Below, piece by piece: positions 1 through 14,680 of a stretch of DNA of 64,000 bases. Location of the stretch: the NCBI GenBank assembly GCA_964016885.1, contig OZ024742.1, positions 90,086,001-90,150,000 of the forward strand, given 5' to 3'. A program made the translations under genes and the position numbers. The DNA comes from Eledone cirrhosa. Its lineage: Eukaryota. The stretch's first letter is position 1, and each line of letters opens with the position of its first letter. The notes under the pieces are model-generated. The model had not been told where the DNA came from, did not search any database, and worked only from the letters and a program-made list of their open reading frames with translations.

Positions 1-420
1 TTCGTTTTAATTTATTTTATCCACACTGCATCTTTGTTGAAATTCTTCTTTTCACCCCATATTTTTCTCCAGAAGGAATCTATGTCTTTCTAGGATGGGG
101 CATCAGTGACCTTTATTACTTTGCCCTTCATATCTCTCTAGACTGATGTTTGGTTTCGTCTGAATCTTTAATGAAGTACTTTTCTTTCATCTACCCTCTT
201 CAGCTATCGGTGTTTCTCACTGACAACTCTCAATTCTTGTTTGAGGGTGATCAGCTTATATTGAAGATTTCTGGTTGTACTGTCACCAAACATCGTTTCT
301 ATTTTATTTTTCACTCTTTGTTGTTGAGGAGTGAAGTTTTATTTTTGTTTTTGTTTGCATGTAAGGAGCATTGTCACATATCCTATAGTTTTTCGTAGGT
401 CAACAATCTTTTTTTCTAAT
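1..420 (-). mobile_element. Degenerate non-LTR retrotransposon fragment (pre-RT region, possibly R4/Dong-like)
   Basis: Minus strand reads TMFGDSTTRNLQYKLITLKQELRVVSEKHR*LKR, resembling the helical region before RT in RLE-type LINEs; interrupted by stops; no diagnostic motif. Confidence 0.3.
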
Positions 421-820
421 TTAGTTATACACCTTCGGGGGGTTTTCTGCTAGCATGTGTAATGTCCATATTGATATTAGACGCAAATATATATGCATGT
501 AGATATGATATGTCAAATAAAATCGTAATTGACAATATGCACAGAAATTGAAGAGGGACTGTGTTGCACTCTCTTCTGTAATCTTTAAAGGAATCCATGA
601 TACATTTAAAAAAGACGATATTATATATAAACTACACTGCGACAAAATTTTATGAAAACGAAAAAGAAGAAAATTAGCGACAGAAATATAAACCTTATAT
701 AACGATGAAAATATATGAACGTTTACATAAGCAATGTAATAAGTGTTATGATATAACGAACGCTAACCGGAAGTGTTGACATTGGAAAATTTTAAAAGAA
801 GTGAATCTTAAAATAAGCAA

Positions 821-2084
821 TCTATATATATAAAACTGAGGTTGTCTGTCTGTCTATCGATTTTTGGCACACATCTCCTCTTAGAATCTCTCACGGAATT
901 GCACCGAAATTGCTATACTTGTACATTGAGCCCTAGCGAAGACATCGGAAAAAAAATATTTCAAATTGACCCGCCCTATCTGACGAAATCGAATATAATG
1001 TATCGATTTTTGAGCGTAAGTGATCAGTTATTTCCCTTTGTCCTGTTTACATTCAGCGTAGCGTCTTACGTTCTCTTTACATTTTCTGCGTGCAAAAATA
1101 AAAAAAATGTTTTCCCTTTGTTCTGTTTACATTCAGCGTAGCGTCTTACGTTCTGCTTACATTTTCTGCGTGCAAAAATTAAAAAAATTACGCTGGCAAA
1201 AATTAAAAAAATTACGCTGGCTTTCTCAGCGTTTAAAATGACATTAACACAATACACGAACAGTTGTCGAGCCAGCAAAATTTTGACCTGCAAAATTCAT
1301 CAGTTCGAACACTAAGCTTCCGTTTTGCTTCATTTCCATTTAAAAGCCTTTTAAAACAATATTTTTACTTGAAAACAAGTCTATTTAAAGACTACGTAAA
1401 ACAAGCAAATATTTCGTAAAAAAAAAGCAAAAATTATATAAGTTTATTTAAAATATATGTATCTGTAAATTTTGTTAGGCGTGCAGACAGACAGTCGTGC
1501 AGAGAGGTGATATACGCGTGCAGACAGATAGTCGTGCAGAGAGGTGATATAGGCGTGCAGACAGACAGTCATGCAGAGAGGTGATATAGGCGTGCAGACA
1601 GACAGTCATGCAGAGAGGTGATATAGGCGATTATTTCCCTTTTATGGAATGAGCAGACGATTAGCGAATGTGCAGACGATTAAGTAAATCTTTAGTAGAG
1701 TGAATTGGAATCTCCAGTTTGTTTAATAGCTTCATTTGCACTGTACTGCCTTTGTATGCTACAACGCTTTAAAAGTTCGGCGAGTTCATTACTTCGTAAG
1801 TTATTGATATTTATTTTTTTATTACGACGGTTAGCAAACTTTCCCTATTAAACGTTTAAATTAATTTTACGGTCTTATAAGGCTGAATTTACTTTAATTC
1901 GGGTTATCGTTATGTTTTCTTAACTTCATAAGGCATATTGTTGGTTGAGGGAATATTAATCAAAAACACCACATGCAAGTCTGCACAGTAGACACTACAG
2001 TTTTTAAGCCAAAAAAGAAACTTAACATTGTAACTTTAACACAGCTACTGAGCGACCCCGAGCAACGCCGGGCTTTACTGCTAG
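821..2084 (+). mobile_element. Non-autonomous Helitron
   Basis: A|TCTATATATATAAAA 5' end at 821; subterminal hairpin cccgagcaacgccggg at about 2057-2072; CTAG|T 3' end at 2081-2084; no TSD. Confidence 0.85.
1477..1629 (+). repeat. 37-bp minisatellite x4 inside Helitron
   Basis: aggcgtgcagacagacagtc(g/a)tgcagagaggtgatat starting at 1477, 1514, 1551, 1588. Confidence 0.9.
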
Positions 2085-3570
2085 TTATTATATATAAGAA
2101 CAACTATATTTAATCAACAGCTAAGACATTTAGTACATAAATTATGTAATATTCATTCATTATTTATTCAAAGTAATCCAACTTATTTTACTAACTGGAT
2201 AAACAAATATATGTAGGACGCAGTCCCTCACTCCTCCTTTTATTATATTATGATATGATGGTGTTTTTGTGGTGTTTTGTTCTTAATATCTCTGCTATCA
2301 CCGATATAAGGCTTCATTGTCGTTGCTATATATAAACAGACGTTGATTTTCCAAAATATGGGGGTTTTAATCCGTCGTTAATATTCATCCCAATTTCGTC
2401 AATAGCACGTAAGATTTTATTATTTGGTTTTATTTTATTTAGTATTGTTGTTTTATTACGTTCAGCAAGAGAAATGTTTATACATGAATTAATTTCTTTC
2501 TGGGAGATTTCGTTACGAGAAAATTTTAATTATTTATACTTTTGATTATTATTATCGATAGTGTTTCCACAACAGTCAAGGCAGACTCAGATGGTACACG
2601 TGATCAAATTTCTTACGGGCATAGTTGCTTCAAGGCACTGTTTGACCTGGCTGCTAGAAGGTCTAGTAGCATAACGACCTGTAGAACGTGTTGTTGATTC
2701 CATGTTTGTTCTGGGGGACTTACAATTAATAATATTTATCTTATTTTTATTTTTAACAAAATTCGTTTGTTGGCGTAATTGTTTGGCTGTGAAGTGATTT
2801 AGCTCTAGATGTATTGTCTCCCAGTTAGGCTTCATTCTATACATATAGCCAATGGAGGGATTGTTTTCACCATGTTATAACAATTAAATAAATCATCATT
2901 AAGTTGGCAACTCCAAGAGAACTGCGATTTATAATTTCGGTTTCTTCTGTAGCTACAACCGAATAAGTTTATTTACATTTCTCATTGATTTTCTCACTGG
3001 TTTTATTCGGTAAATTATTTTTGTTCCTTGTGTTCGGTAAATTGTTACTGTTGATGCTGTGTCCACCCATACTGTTTATACCAAACCCTTATAAAATGAA
3101 GTATATATTTAGTCAGATATCTCTACGAATTCGAATAAAAGGTGTCATCAGTGGATATAGTCAGAAGAATATCCAGTTATTCAACACGACTGTTAGTTGA
3201 GGCATTTCTGTCGGAGATATTATTCATCATAAATTCAATAAATAGTATCCCCGCCAAAATGTGCGAATGATCGCGTTGACTTACTGTGTATGTATGTTCT
3301 TCTGGTTTTATAAGTTCACAATGTTTACCAATAGAGAGAGAGTCGGTTTCTAACATAGACACAAGACTCTCATTGGAATTTAGACAACATCAACGAGGTA
3401 GATTATGTATGCATGTCTAGATATGGATGTTATTATATGTGTGGATGTGTATGTTTTGAGTTGTATGTGTGCATGTGTATGTTTTGAGTTGTATGTGTGC
3501 ATGTGTATGTTTTGAGTTGTATGTGTGCATGTGTATATGCTTTGTATCTGTACATGTGTATATGCAGTTA

Positions 3571-3850
3571 TTAGATGCAAAATATTTGGAATGTTTTACA
3601 TATTTTTACTGTTCCATTAATGGATTGCACTTGTAATTTCCTAACTAGTTGTGTTCTTTCTGGTCCTGTGAAGCCTAGCTTCTCAAAATTTGTATTGAGG
3701 CAGTTACTAACATAACCCAGTGCCCCAATAATCACAGGCATAAATCTGAAGGTGTAATCAGGGTGGAGAATCTGCAGATTTCTCATCAGTTCTGCATAAA
3801 TATTCTCCTTTTCGCTAATCTTTGTTATTATATTGGCATCTGCTGTGCAT
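3571..3850 (-). mobile_element. 3' end of an RLE-endonuclease non-LTR retrotransposon (R4/Dong-like)
   Basis: KISEKENIYAELMRNL...FMPVIIGALGYV...LQVQSINGTVKICKTF resembles the K..KY / P.IIGALG C-terminus of restriction-like-endonuclease LINEs. Confidence 0.7.
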
Positions 3851-4001
3851 ACACACCCACGCACGCATAATAAAAATGTATATATATATACATAAATAGA
3901 ATAGACACACAAAATCATATAAAGATACACAATGTGTCATACATGAAAGGATGCAGCTTGTTATAAACATGTACACAGATAGAAAATACATACATACACA
4001 C

Positions 4002-4087
<86 letters not shown>

Positions 4088-4099
4088 GTTTATATATAT

Positions 4100-4500
4100 A
4101 AAAGAATAGAGGTGTAACACACGCGTTGTGATATATTAGTAAAAGGAAACGAAAATGCTGACAAATTTTTCCCAGTGAAAAATAGTTTAATTAGGAATAA
4201 GTATTGGTTATCAGTTTTAGGTTTAAGTTTTCACCGGTTGCGCATTTCTAATGCTTTTCAATAATGATTTTGAGGTAGAGCGTCCGTGATGTTTGCTCTA
4301 ATTTGTTATAATTTTTAATCTAATCTGATTAGAGCAAACATCACGAACGCTCTATCTCAAAATTATTTTTGAACCGGTAAAAATTAAAACTAAAACTGAA
4401 TACTAACCAATACTTATTACTAATTTTTACTTATTCCTAATTAAACTATTTTTCAATGGGAAAAATTTGTCAGCATTTTCTTTTCCTTTTACTAATATAT
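4100..4500. repeat. Fold-back repeat (same family as 20110-20455)
   Basis: atatattagtaaaaggaaacgaaaatgctgacaaa (4131-) is inverted at about 4465-4500; both loci adjoin (TA)n. Confidence 0.8.
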
Positions 4501-4525
4501 CACAACACTCAGCTTTATAATAATA

Positions 4526-6205
<1,680 letters not shown>

Positions 6206-6295
6206 TAGTAATAATAATAAATTTGAAGACTAAAATCCAGAGAGGGCTCGATAAGGATAAATATATATCAAATATATAAGAACCGTAGAGCAAAT

Positions 6296-7747
6296 ATTTA
6301 TTAAAATAACAGATTAAAGTTTAAGCAAAGAATCGCTGCTTTCACCCTTAACGGGATGTTCTGAAACTAACAAAGTCAATCTGAAAACGCAGAACTGGAT
6401 ATTTCAAAAAACGTTGCAACCGGAAGAAGACAGGAAGACGATACTTTGGTTAGTGGTAACGTTCGCTGGCAAAGAACGGGAAAAAACGAATAATACGTCA
6501 TTAATAGGAGCGGTGAAAAACAATTACACGCAAAGACAGAACCACGTTTATGGTATAAAAGAGGTCGTAGACTAATGTTCTCTTAGGTGGTGCATAGAGA
6601 CGTTCTCTGGCAATGAACGAAAAAACGAAGATAATACGTCATATGTGGAGCGTAGAGAACAATAGCACGCAAAGACAAAACCACGTTAATGGTAGACTAA
6701 AATTCTAACTCGGAGACCAAATGAATCTCCGCTACAGAGTTAAGAACAAGTAAATAAATACAATACAGAAGTAATAGAAATAAATAAATACATACACGCA
6801 AACAAATACGTACATACACAAGCATGCGCAAAACCTTACCATAGGCATACAAAACCACGCTCATATAAATATGTGTGTGTGTGTATGCGTGTATACAAAT
6901 AAATAAATAATTATATAAACGTATATAAATAAATAAATACGTATATAACAAGTGCACACACACGGGAGTTTTGCGTCTGTGTGAGTATGCGTGTTCGTAC
7001 GTATGGTGGGTGTGTGTATTGTGTACTTCTTGTTTTAGTTGACATACGTCTCCGAACATTCGTGTATTTATATGTAGGTATGTGTGTGCGCTTGATATAT
7101 ACGTATTTATTTATTTATATACGTTTATATAATTATTTATTTATTTGTATACACGCATACACACACACACATATTTATATGTGCGTGGTTTTGTATACCT
7201 ATGGCAATATTTTGCGTATGCTTGTGTATGTACGTATTTGTGTGCGTGTATGTATTTCTATTACTTCTGTATTGTATTTATTTACTTGTTCTTAACTCTG
7301 TAGCGGAGATTCATTTGGTCTGCTTGTTAGAATTTTAGTCTACGACTTCTGCTATACCATTTACGTGGTTTTGTATTTGCGTGCTATTGTTCTCCACGCA
7401 CCACATATGACGTATTATCTTCGTTTTTTCGTTCATTGCCAGAGAACGTCTCTATGCACCACCTAAGATAACATTAGTCTACGACCTCTTTTATACCATA
7501 AACGTGGTTCTGTCTTTGCGTGTAATAGTTTTTCACCGCTCCTATTAATGACGTATTATTCGTTTTTTCCCGTTCTTTGCCAGAGAACGTTTCCACGAAC
7601 CAAAGTATCGTCTTCCTGTCTTCCTCCGGTTGCAACGTTTTTTGAAATATCCAGTTCTGCGTTTACAGATTGACTTTGTTAGTTTCAGAAGATCCCGTTA
7701 AGAGTGAAAGCAGCGATTCTTTGCTTAAACTTTAATCTGTTATTTTA

Positions 7748-7752
<5 letters not shown>
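6296..7752. mobile_element. Fold-back made of two inverted copies of the 3' UTR/pseudo-LTR of the PLE at 52740-54839
   Basis: 6296-6960 matches 52740-53410; 6962-7752 is the reverse complement of 52740-53538; right arm ends in (TA)n. Confidence 0.85.
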
Positions 7753-7807
<55 letters not shown>

Positions 7808-8335
7808 TAGCAAATGACCCCCGTCCGTTGGATGGTTTCAGTTCTTGGTAGGGCTGCAATGTTAATGGTCAATGTCCGTGTTGTATGTTTAACTTGGAGG
7901 ATAATTTTACCTGATCAACTCTTTCAATAAAAAAAAATGAGACGGTATTAAAAAAGAGCAAGTTTTATTTACAGATATGTGTCATTAAAATGTGAACATA
8001 GAGAAATGTATCGTTAGCCGTGTCGGTTGAACAATGTGTATTTTAAAACATCCATCATGTACACACACACACAAACACATACACACACAAACATACACAC
8101 ACATACACACAAACACACACACATACACAAACACACATACGCACACAATCCCAAGACGTGACGTTGGGGAAGGGGGAGAGTTAAGAAGTGTAATAAATAA
8201 GTTAAAATTATAAACGCTGTATTTATCATATTCGCGTCACACTAACTCCTCTCTCTCTTTATTTTACTCTCTCTCTCTCACTCCTCTCTTTCTATCTCCT
8301 TCTCACACATCCTTCTCCCGCTGGCCGTTATGGAA

Positions 8336-8381
<46 letters not shown>

Positions 8382-8882
8382 TGCACGCACACATACACAC
8401 ACAAACACATACACACACATATACACACGCACATACACATACAATCCCATAACGTCGTGTTGTGGAAGGGGGAGAGTTAAGAAGTGTGTAAAAGGAACGC
8501 ACTCTCTCTTTATGGCCGTCATGGAATTTGTTAGTGCAAAAGTCTATAAGATTATAAAATCGAAGTTTGTGACTTCGAAATTAATCATTATGAAATAATT
8601 TTTCCTTGATGTTACAAACGGTAGCCTATTTTGGCTATGTGTTTAATTTGACAGAGATCGATGGAATATTTTCCAAGTGAAACTCTTTTACACACACAAA
8701 CAGAACGGGAATTATATATAAGACTAGCAAATGACCCCCGTCCATTGGACGGTGTCAGTTCTTGGTAGGGCTGCAATGTTAATGGTCAATTTCAGTGTTG
8801 TATGTTTAACTTGGAGGATAATTTTACCTGATCAACACTTGCAATAAAAAAAAAATGAGACGGTATTCAAAAAGAGCAAATT

Positions 8883-10580
8883 TTATTTACAGATATGTGT
8901 CATTAAAATGTGAACATAGAGAAATGTATCGTTAGCCGTGTCGGTTGAACAGTGTGTAATTTTTTTTATTAATAACCGAAAGACAAACAGTAAATGAGAC
9001 TGGATGTCAAACCATTTTGGATTGCATGTAAAGGTGATAAAAAGATCAGGACGGCCACAATGGTGGACATAGGTCAGAGCATCCTGCATTTTTTCATGCA
9101 TGTAACGGGAGCCTCCAGTGTATGATGATGGGAGAATGACAGAAAGCCCAACATCCGAAGCATTAGCCTGATCATTTCGGTTTACTTCGTCACGTAGATT
9201 GCCGTATTCTTCTGAACGCAGTTCCTTTTGATGATGTATTATCCATTGGAGGCGTTCAGTGTCAATCTTAGCAAATATGTCTACACAGTATTGATTGAGG
9301 AGCATCCGTGTTCTATGCAGAATGTTGATGTCGTTTTTGCGAAACATAAGTCTAAATGCATAAAATTCCATTTGTGAAATGGTTTTCCCTGGTGTATGAT
9401 GCATTAAACTTACAGGATTACACTTTTGCAAATCAATGCGGTAGCCATCGTCGCCAAAGGGAACAGCAATGGATACTGGAGAGCATCATATGCGGGATGA
9501 AGTTCATTTATTTTTTGAAGATGCGAGTCCTGCCATTCAATAACAATATCACGCTTTGAAGCGCTCTCATTAGGACGTTATAATCACCGCAACTTCATCG
9601 GTTTGGGGTCTATTAAAGCAACCCTGATGCTGCCCTGGTGGAGCGCGGTCATTTCGAATGACAACCTTGTATTGATTGTTGTTAGCATCTCTACGTTGTA
9701 AAGCAGTTTTGAAAATGGTGATGTACGGGTTTATGGAATGAAGCATATATTGAAGGGGCTGCAGAAGAGAAGGTGTCGTTCCTTTAGCAACTGAAGCCCT
9801 TCGTGCAATTTCTTCAGGTCCGTTGCCCATAAAGTAGATCTGGAGAAAACTGTGTTCTTTGCCATCTTGTGGAATAAGTGATCCTATTTGATGGTAAATT
9901 TGGCCTTGCACTTTAAATGTGGGCATATAATTCCCATCTTTTATTGGTGTATGACCAAAGCTTGTCATTTGGAAAGCCGAATTGTAGGCTCTTATATTTC
10001 TGAAAAAGTGTTTAGAATCAGGGTGGTCTCCAAGCAGCAGAGAATTCAAAGGTTCGGCACCGACTTGTAAATAAGGCAATCTAACCGTTCCATTGGAGCA
10101 ACATATACCGGTAGATTCCGCTGGCCATCTCATTGCATTACAATGGACGCAAACAGTTGACATACTACCAATGATGATATGTGGATGTGGGGGTTGTATT
10201 GAAAACCTTTCTTAGACCAGTAACAGGAAGAATCCCTCGGAAAGACATAAGTACGCATTTTCCGTTGAGAATCAGCCGCATGCCTTGTTGCCCTTTGGTC
10301 AACAGTCTCTAAAGCACGGCTATTGGAATTAGAATCAGCATTGCGAGCACGCCGGAGTTCTGCTTGTTCAGCTTTCTGTAATGCTCTGATGTTCAAAGTA
10401 GAGGCAGCATTGCGAGCACGCCGGAGTTCTGCTTGTTCAGTTGTTTGTAATGCTCTGGCGATCGAGGTAGAAGCAGCATTGCGAGCACGCCGTAGCACAC
10501 ATTGTTGTTCTGTTTCGCTTGCGCGCAAAGAACGCAAATCAAAAGCATTTTTTGTTTTTTTCCAATGTGTCTCTTTCTTC
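8883..10580 (-). pseudogene. Helitron RepHel N-terminal fragment, copy 1 (frameshifted)
   Basis: CVHCNAMRW...CCSNG zinc motif, NIRAYNSAFQMTSFG, FKVQGQIYH, ILPSSYTGG, GRPDLFITFTCNPKW (Rep motif 1), split over three ORFs; 24-aa RRARNAA repeats upstream. Confidence 0.9.
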
Positions 10581-11532
10581 TTCGAGGCATTCTACCGAAA
10601 ATATGTAATTGAATAAAGCTGATACAAATCAATTAAAAGAAATAAATAGTTGTGTACAATGTGTAAATTTTTGTAATAATAAGCAAGACGAAAAAGTATA
10701 TTTTATCATCTGCTTTTTCTACACGGGAATTATATATTAGATTTTCATACTTACAAAATAATTTTGCTAATATCGTGTTTAGCAGTGTCGGTTGAGCAAT
10801 GTGTAAATATTTGATTAAAAACCAAAAGAAAAACAGTAAATATATTTCAACCTCTGAATAAGTATTAAAGAAATGACGATTTTTACTTTGAAAATATGAT
10901 TTATGACATCAAAACTGCTTTAGAGTTTAATTTTTTGGAATAAAAAGTATCGTCTGTTATTTCTTACAATTAACAAATTTATACACACACGTGCCCACAC
11001 GCACACACATACGCACGTACACACACACACAAACACATACACACACACACATACACACACATACACACAAACACACACACATACACACACACACATACAC
11101 ACACAATCCCAATACGTGACGTTGTGGAAGGGGGAGAGTTAAGAAGTGTAATAAGTTAAAATTATAAACACTGTATTTATCGCTAAAGTATCGTCTGTTA
11201 TTTCTTACAATTAACACATTTATACACATACACACACACATGCACACACGCACACACATACGCACGTACACACACACACAAACACATACACACACATACA
11301 CAGACAAACACACACACATACACACACACACATACGCACACAATCCCAAGACGTGACGTTGTGGAAGGGGGAGAGTTAAGAAGTGTAATAAATAAGTTAA
11401 AATTATAAACGCTGTATTTATCATATTCGCGTCACACTAACTCCTCTCTTTCTTCATTTTACTCTCTCTCTCTCTCACTCCTCTCTTTCTATCTCCCTCT
11501 CACACATCCTTCTCTCTCTGGCCGTTATGGAA

Positions 11533-11602
<70 letters not shown>

Positions 11603-12968
11603 CACGCACACATACACACACAAACACATACACACGCACATACACATACAATCCCATAACGTCGTGTTGTGGAAGGGGGAGAGTTAAGAAGTGTGTAAAA
11701 GGAACGCTCTCTCCCTTTAATGGCCGTCATGGAATTTGTTAGTGCAAAAGTCTTTAAGATTATAAAATCGAAGTTTGTGAGTTCGAAATTAATCATTATG
11801 AAATAATTTTTTCTTGGTGTTACAAACCGTAGCCTATTTTGGTTATGTGTTTAATTTGACAGAGATCGATGGAATATTTTCCAAGTGAGACTCTTTTACA
11901 CACACACACAGAACGGGAATTATATATATAGACTAGCAAATGACCCCCGTCCATTGGACGGTGTCAGTTCTTGGTAGGGCTGCAATGTTAATGGTCAATT
12001 TCCGTGATGTATGTTGAACTTGGAGGATAATTTTACCTGATCAACTCTTTCAATAAAAAAAAAATGAGACGGTATTCAAAAAGAGCAAGTTTTAATTACA
12101 GATATGTGTCATTAAAATGTGAACATAGAGAAACGTATCGTTAGCCGTGTCGGTTGAACAATGTGTATTTTAAAACATCCATCATGTACACACACACACA
12201 AACACATACACACACAAACATACACACACATACACACAAACATACACACACACACATACACACACAATCCCAAGACGTGACGTTGTGGAAAGGGGAGAGT
12301 TAAGAAGTGTAATAAATAAGTTAAAATTATAAACGCTGTATTTATCATATTCGCGTCATACACACTCCTCTCTTTCTTTACTTTACTCTCTCTCTCTCGC
12401 TCCTCTCTTTCTATCTCCCTCTCACACATCCTTCTCTCTCTGGCCGTTATGGAAATTACACACACACACACACATACACACACAAACAAACACATACACA
12501 CACATATACCCACGCACATACACATACAATCCTATAACGTCGTGTTGTGGAAGGGGGAGAGTTAAGAAGTGTGTAAAAGGAACGCTCTCTCTCTCTTTAT
12601 GGCCGTCATGGAATTTGTTAGTGCAAAAGTCTATAAGATTATAAAATCGAAGTTTGTGACTTCGAAATTAATCATTATGAAATAATTTTTTCTTAATGTT
12701 ACAAACGGTAGCCTATTTTGGCTATGTGTTTAATTTGACAGAGATGGATGGAATATTTTCCAAGTGAAACTCTTTTACACACACACACAGAACGGGAATT
12801 ATATATATAGACTAGCAAATGACCCCCGTCCATTGGACGGTGTCAGTTCTTGGTAGGGCTGCAATGTTAATGGTCAATTCCGTGTTGTATGTTTAACTTG
12901 GAGGATAATTTTACCTGATCAACTCTTTCAATAAAACAAAATAAGGCGGTATTCAAAAAGAGCATGTT

Positions 12969-14680
12969 TTATTTACAGATATGTGTCATTAAAATATTAA
13001 CATAGAGAAATGTATCGTTAGCCGTGTCGGTTGAACAATGTGTAATTTTTTTTATTAATAACCGAAAGACAAACAGTAAATGAGACTGGATGTCAAAACA
13101 TTTTTGATTGCATGTAAAGGTGATAAAAAGATCAGGACGGCCACAAGGGCGGACATAGGTCAGAGCACCCTGCATTTTTTCATGCATGTAACGGGGGCCT
13201 CCAGTGTATGATGATGGGAGAATGACAGAAAGCCCAACATCCGAAGCATTAGCCTGATCATTTCGGTTTACTTCGTCACGTAGATTGCCGTATTCTTCTG
13301 AACGCAGTTCCTTTTGATGATGTATTATCCATTGGAGGCGTTCAGTGTCAATCTTAGCAAATATGTCTACACAGTATTGATTGAGGAGCATCCGTGTTCT
13401 ATGCAGAATGTTGACGTCGTTTTTGCGAAACATAAGTCTAAATGCATAAAATTCCATTTGTGAAATGGTTTTCCCTGGTGTATGATGCATTAAACTTACA
13501 GGATTACACTTTTGCAAATCAATGCGGTAGCCATCGTCGCCAAAGGGGAACAGCAATGGATACTGGAGAGCATCATATGCGGGATGAAGTTCATTTATTT
13601 TTTGAAGATGCGAGTCCTGCCATTCAATAACAATATCACGGTTTGAAGCGCTCTCATTAGGACGTGTTATAACCACCGCAACTTCATCGGTTTGGGGTCT
13701 ATTAAAGCAACCCTGATGCTGCCCTGGTGGAGCGCGGTCATTTCGAATGACAACCTTGTATTGATTGTTGTTAGCATCTCTACGTTGTAAAGCAGTTTTG
13801 AAAATGGTGATGTACGGGTTTATGGAATGAAGCATATATTGAAAGGGCTGCAGAAGAGAAGTTGTCGTTCCTTTAGCAACTGAAGCCCTTCGTGCAATTT
13901 CTTCAGGTCCGTTGCCCATAAAGTAGATCTGGAGAAAACTGTGTTCTTTGCCATCTTGTGGAATAAGTGATCCTATTTGATGGTAAATTTGGCCTTGCAC
14001 TTTAAATGTGGGCATATAATTCCCATCTTTTATTGGTGTATGACCAAAGCTTGTCATTTGGAAAGCCGAATTGTAGGCTCTTATATTTCTGAAAAAGTGT
14101 TTAGTATCAGGGTGGTCTCCAAGCAGCAGAGAATTCAAAGATTCGGCACCGACTTGTAAATAAGGCAATCTAACCGTTCCATTGGAGCAACATATACCGG
14201 TAGATTCCGCTGGCCATCTCATTGCATTACAATGGACGCAAACAGTTGACATACTACCAATGATGATATGTGGATGGGATGCGTAGTCCTCTTGGGGGTT
14301 GTATTGAAAACCTTTCTTAGACCAGTAACAGGAAGAATCCCTCGAAAGACATAAGTACGCATTTTCCGTTGAGAATCAGCCGCAAGCCTTGTGTCCTTTG
14401 CTCAACAGTCTCTAAAACACGGCTATTGGAATTAGAAGCAGCATTGCGAGCACGCCGGAGTTCTGCTTGCTCAGCTTTCTGTAATGCTCTGATGTTCAAA
14501 GTAGAGGCAGCATTGTGAGCACGCTGGAGTTCTGCTTGTTCAGTTGTTTGTAATGCTCTGGCGATCGAGGTAGAAGCAGCATTGCGAGCACGCCGTAGCA
14601 CACATTGTTGTTCTGTTTCGCTTGCGCGCAAAGAACGCAAAGCAAAAGCATTTTTTGTTTTTTTCCAATGTGTCTCTTTC
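12969..14680 (-). pseudogene. Helitron RepHel N-terminal fragment, copy 2 (427-aa open segment)
   Basis: Same motifs as copy 1 plus YDALQYPLLFPFGDDG; truncated just after FITFTCN, so it lacks the HUH/Y2 motifs and the helicase. Confidence 0.92.

Larger units (their letters stand above)
430..2250 (-). mobile_element. Non-autonomous Helitron-like element (family of 39624-40150 and 41147-41691), split by a younger Helitron at 821-2084
   Basis: 440-820 and 2085-2250 match 41170-41690 (ggttttctgctagcat...; taaattatgtaatattcattcattatttattcaaa...). Confidence 0.65.

Noticed and set aside
1477-1629. 37-bp repeats as a CRISPR array
   Set aside because: Contiguous tandem copies with no spacers, inside a Helitron in eukaryotic DNA; no cas genes.
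2260-3380. Short ORFs and a CTGATGA...GAAT motif at about 3120-3156 (minus)
   Set aside because: No recognisable protein motifs and the stems do not pair convincingly; left unannotated.
12969-14252. Functional autonomous Helitron transposase
   Set aside because: The ORF stops after Rep motif 1 and reads into terminal sequence; no HUH/Y2 motifs or helicase; upstream frameshift.
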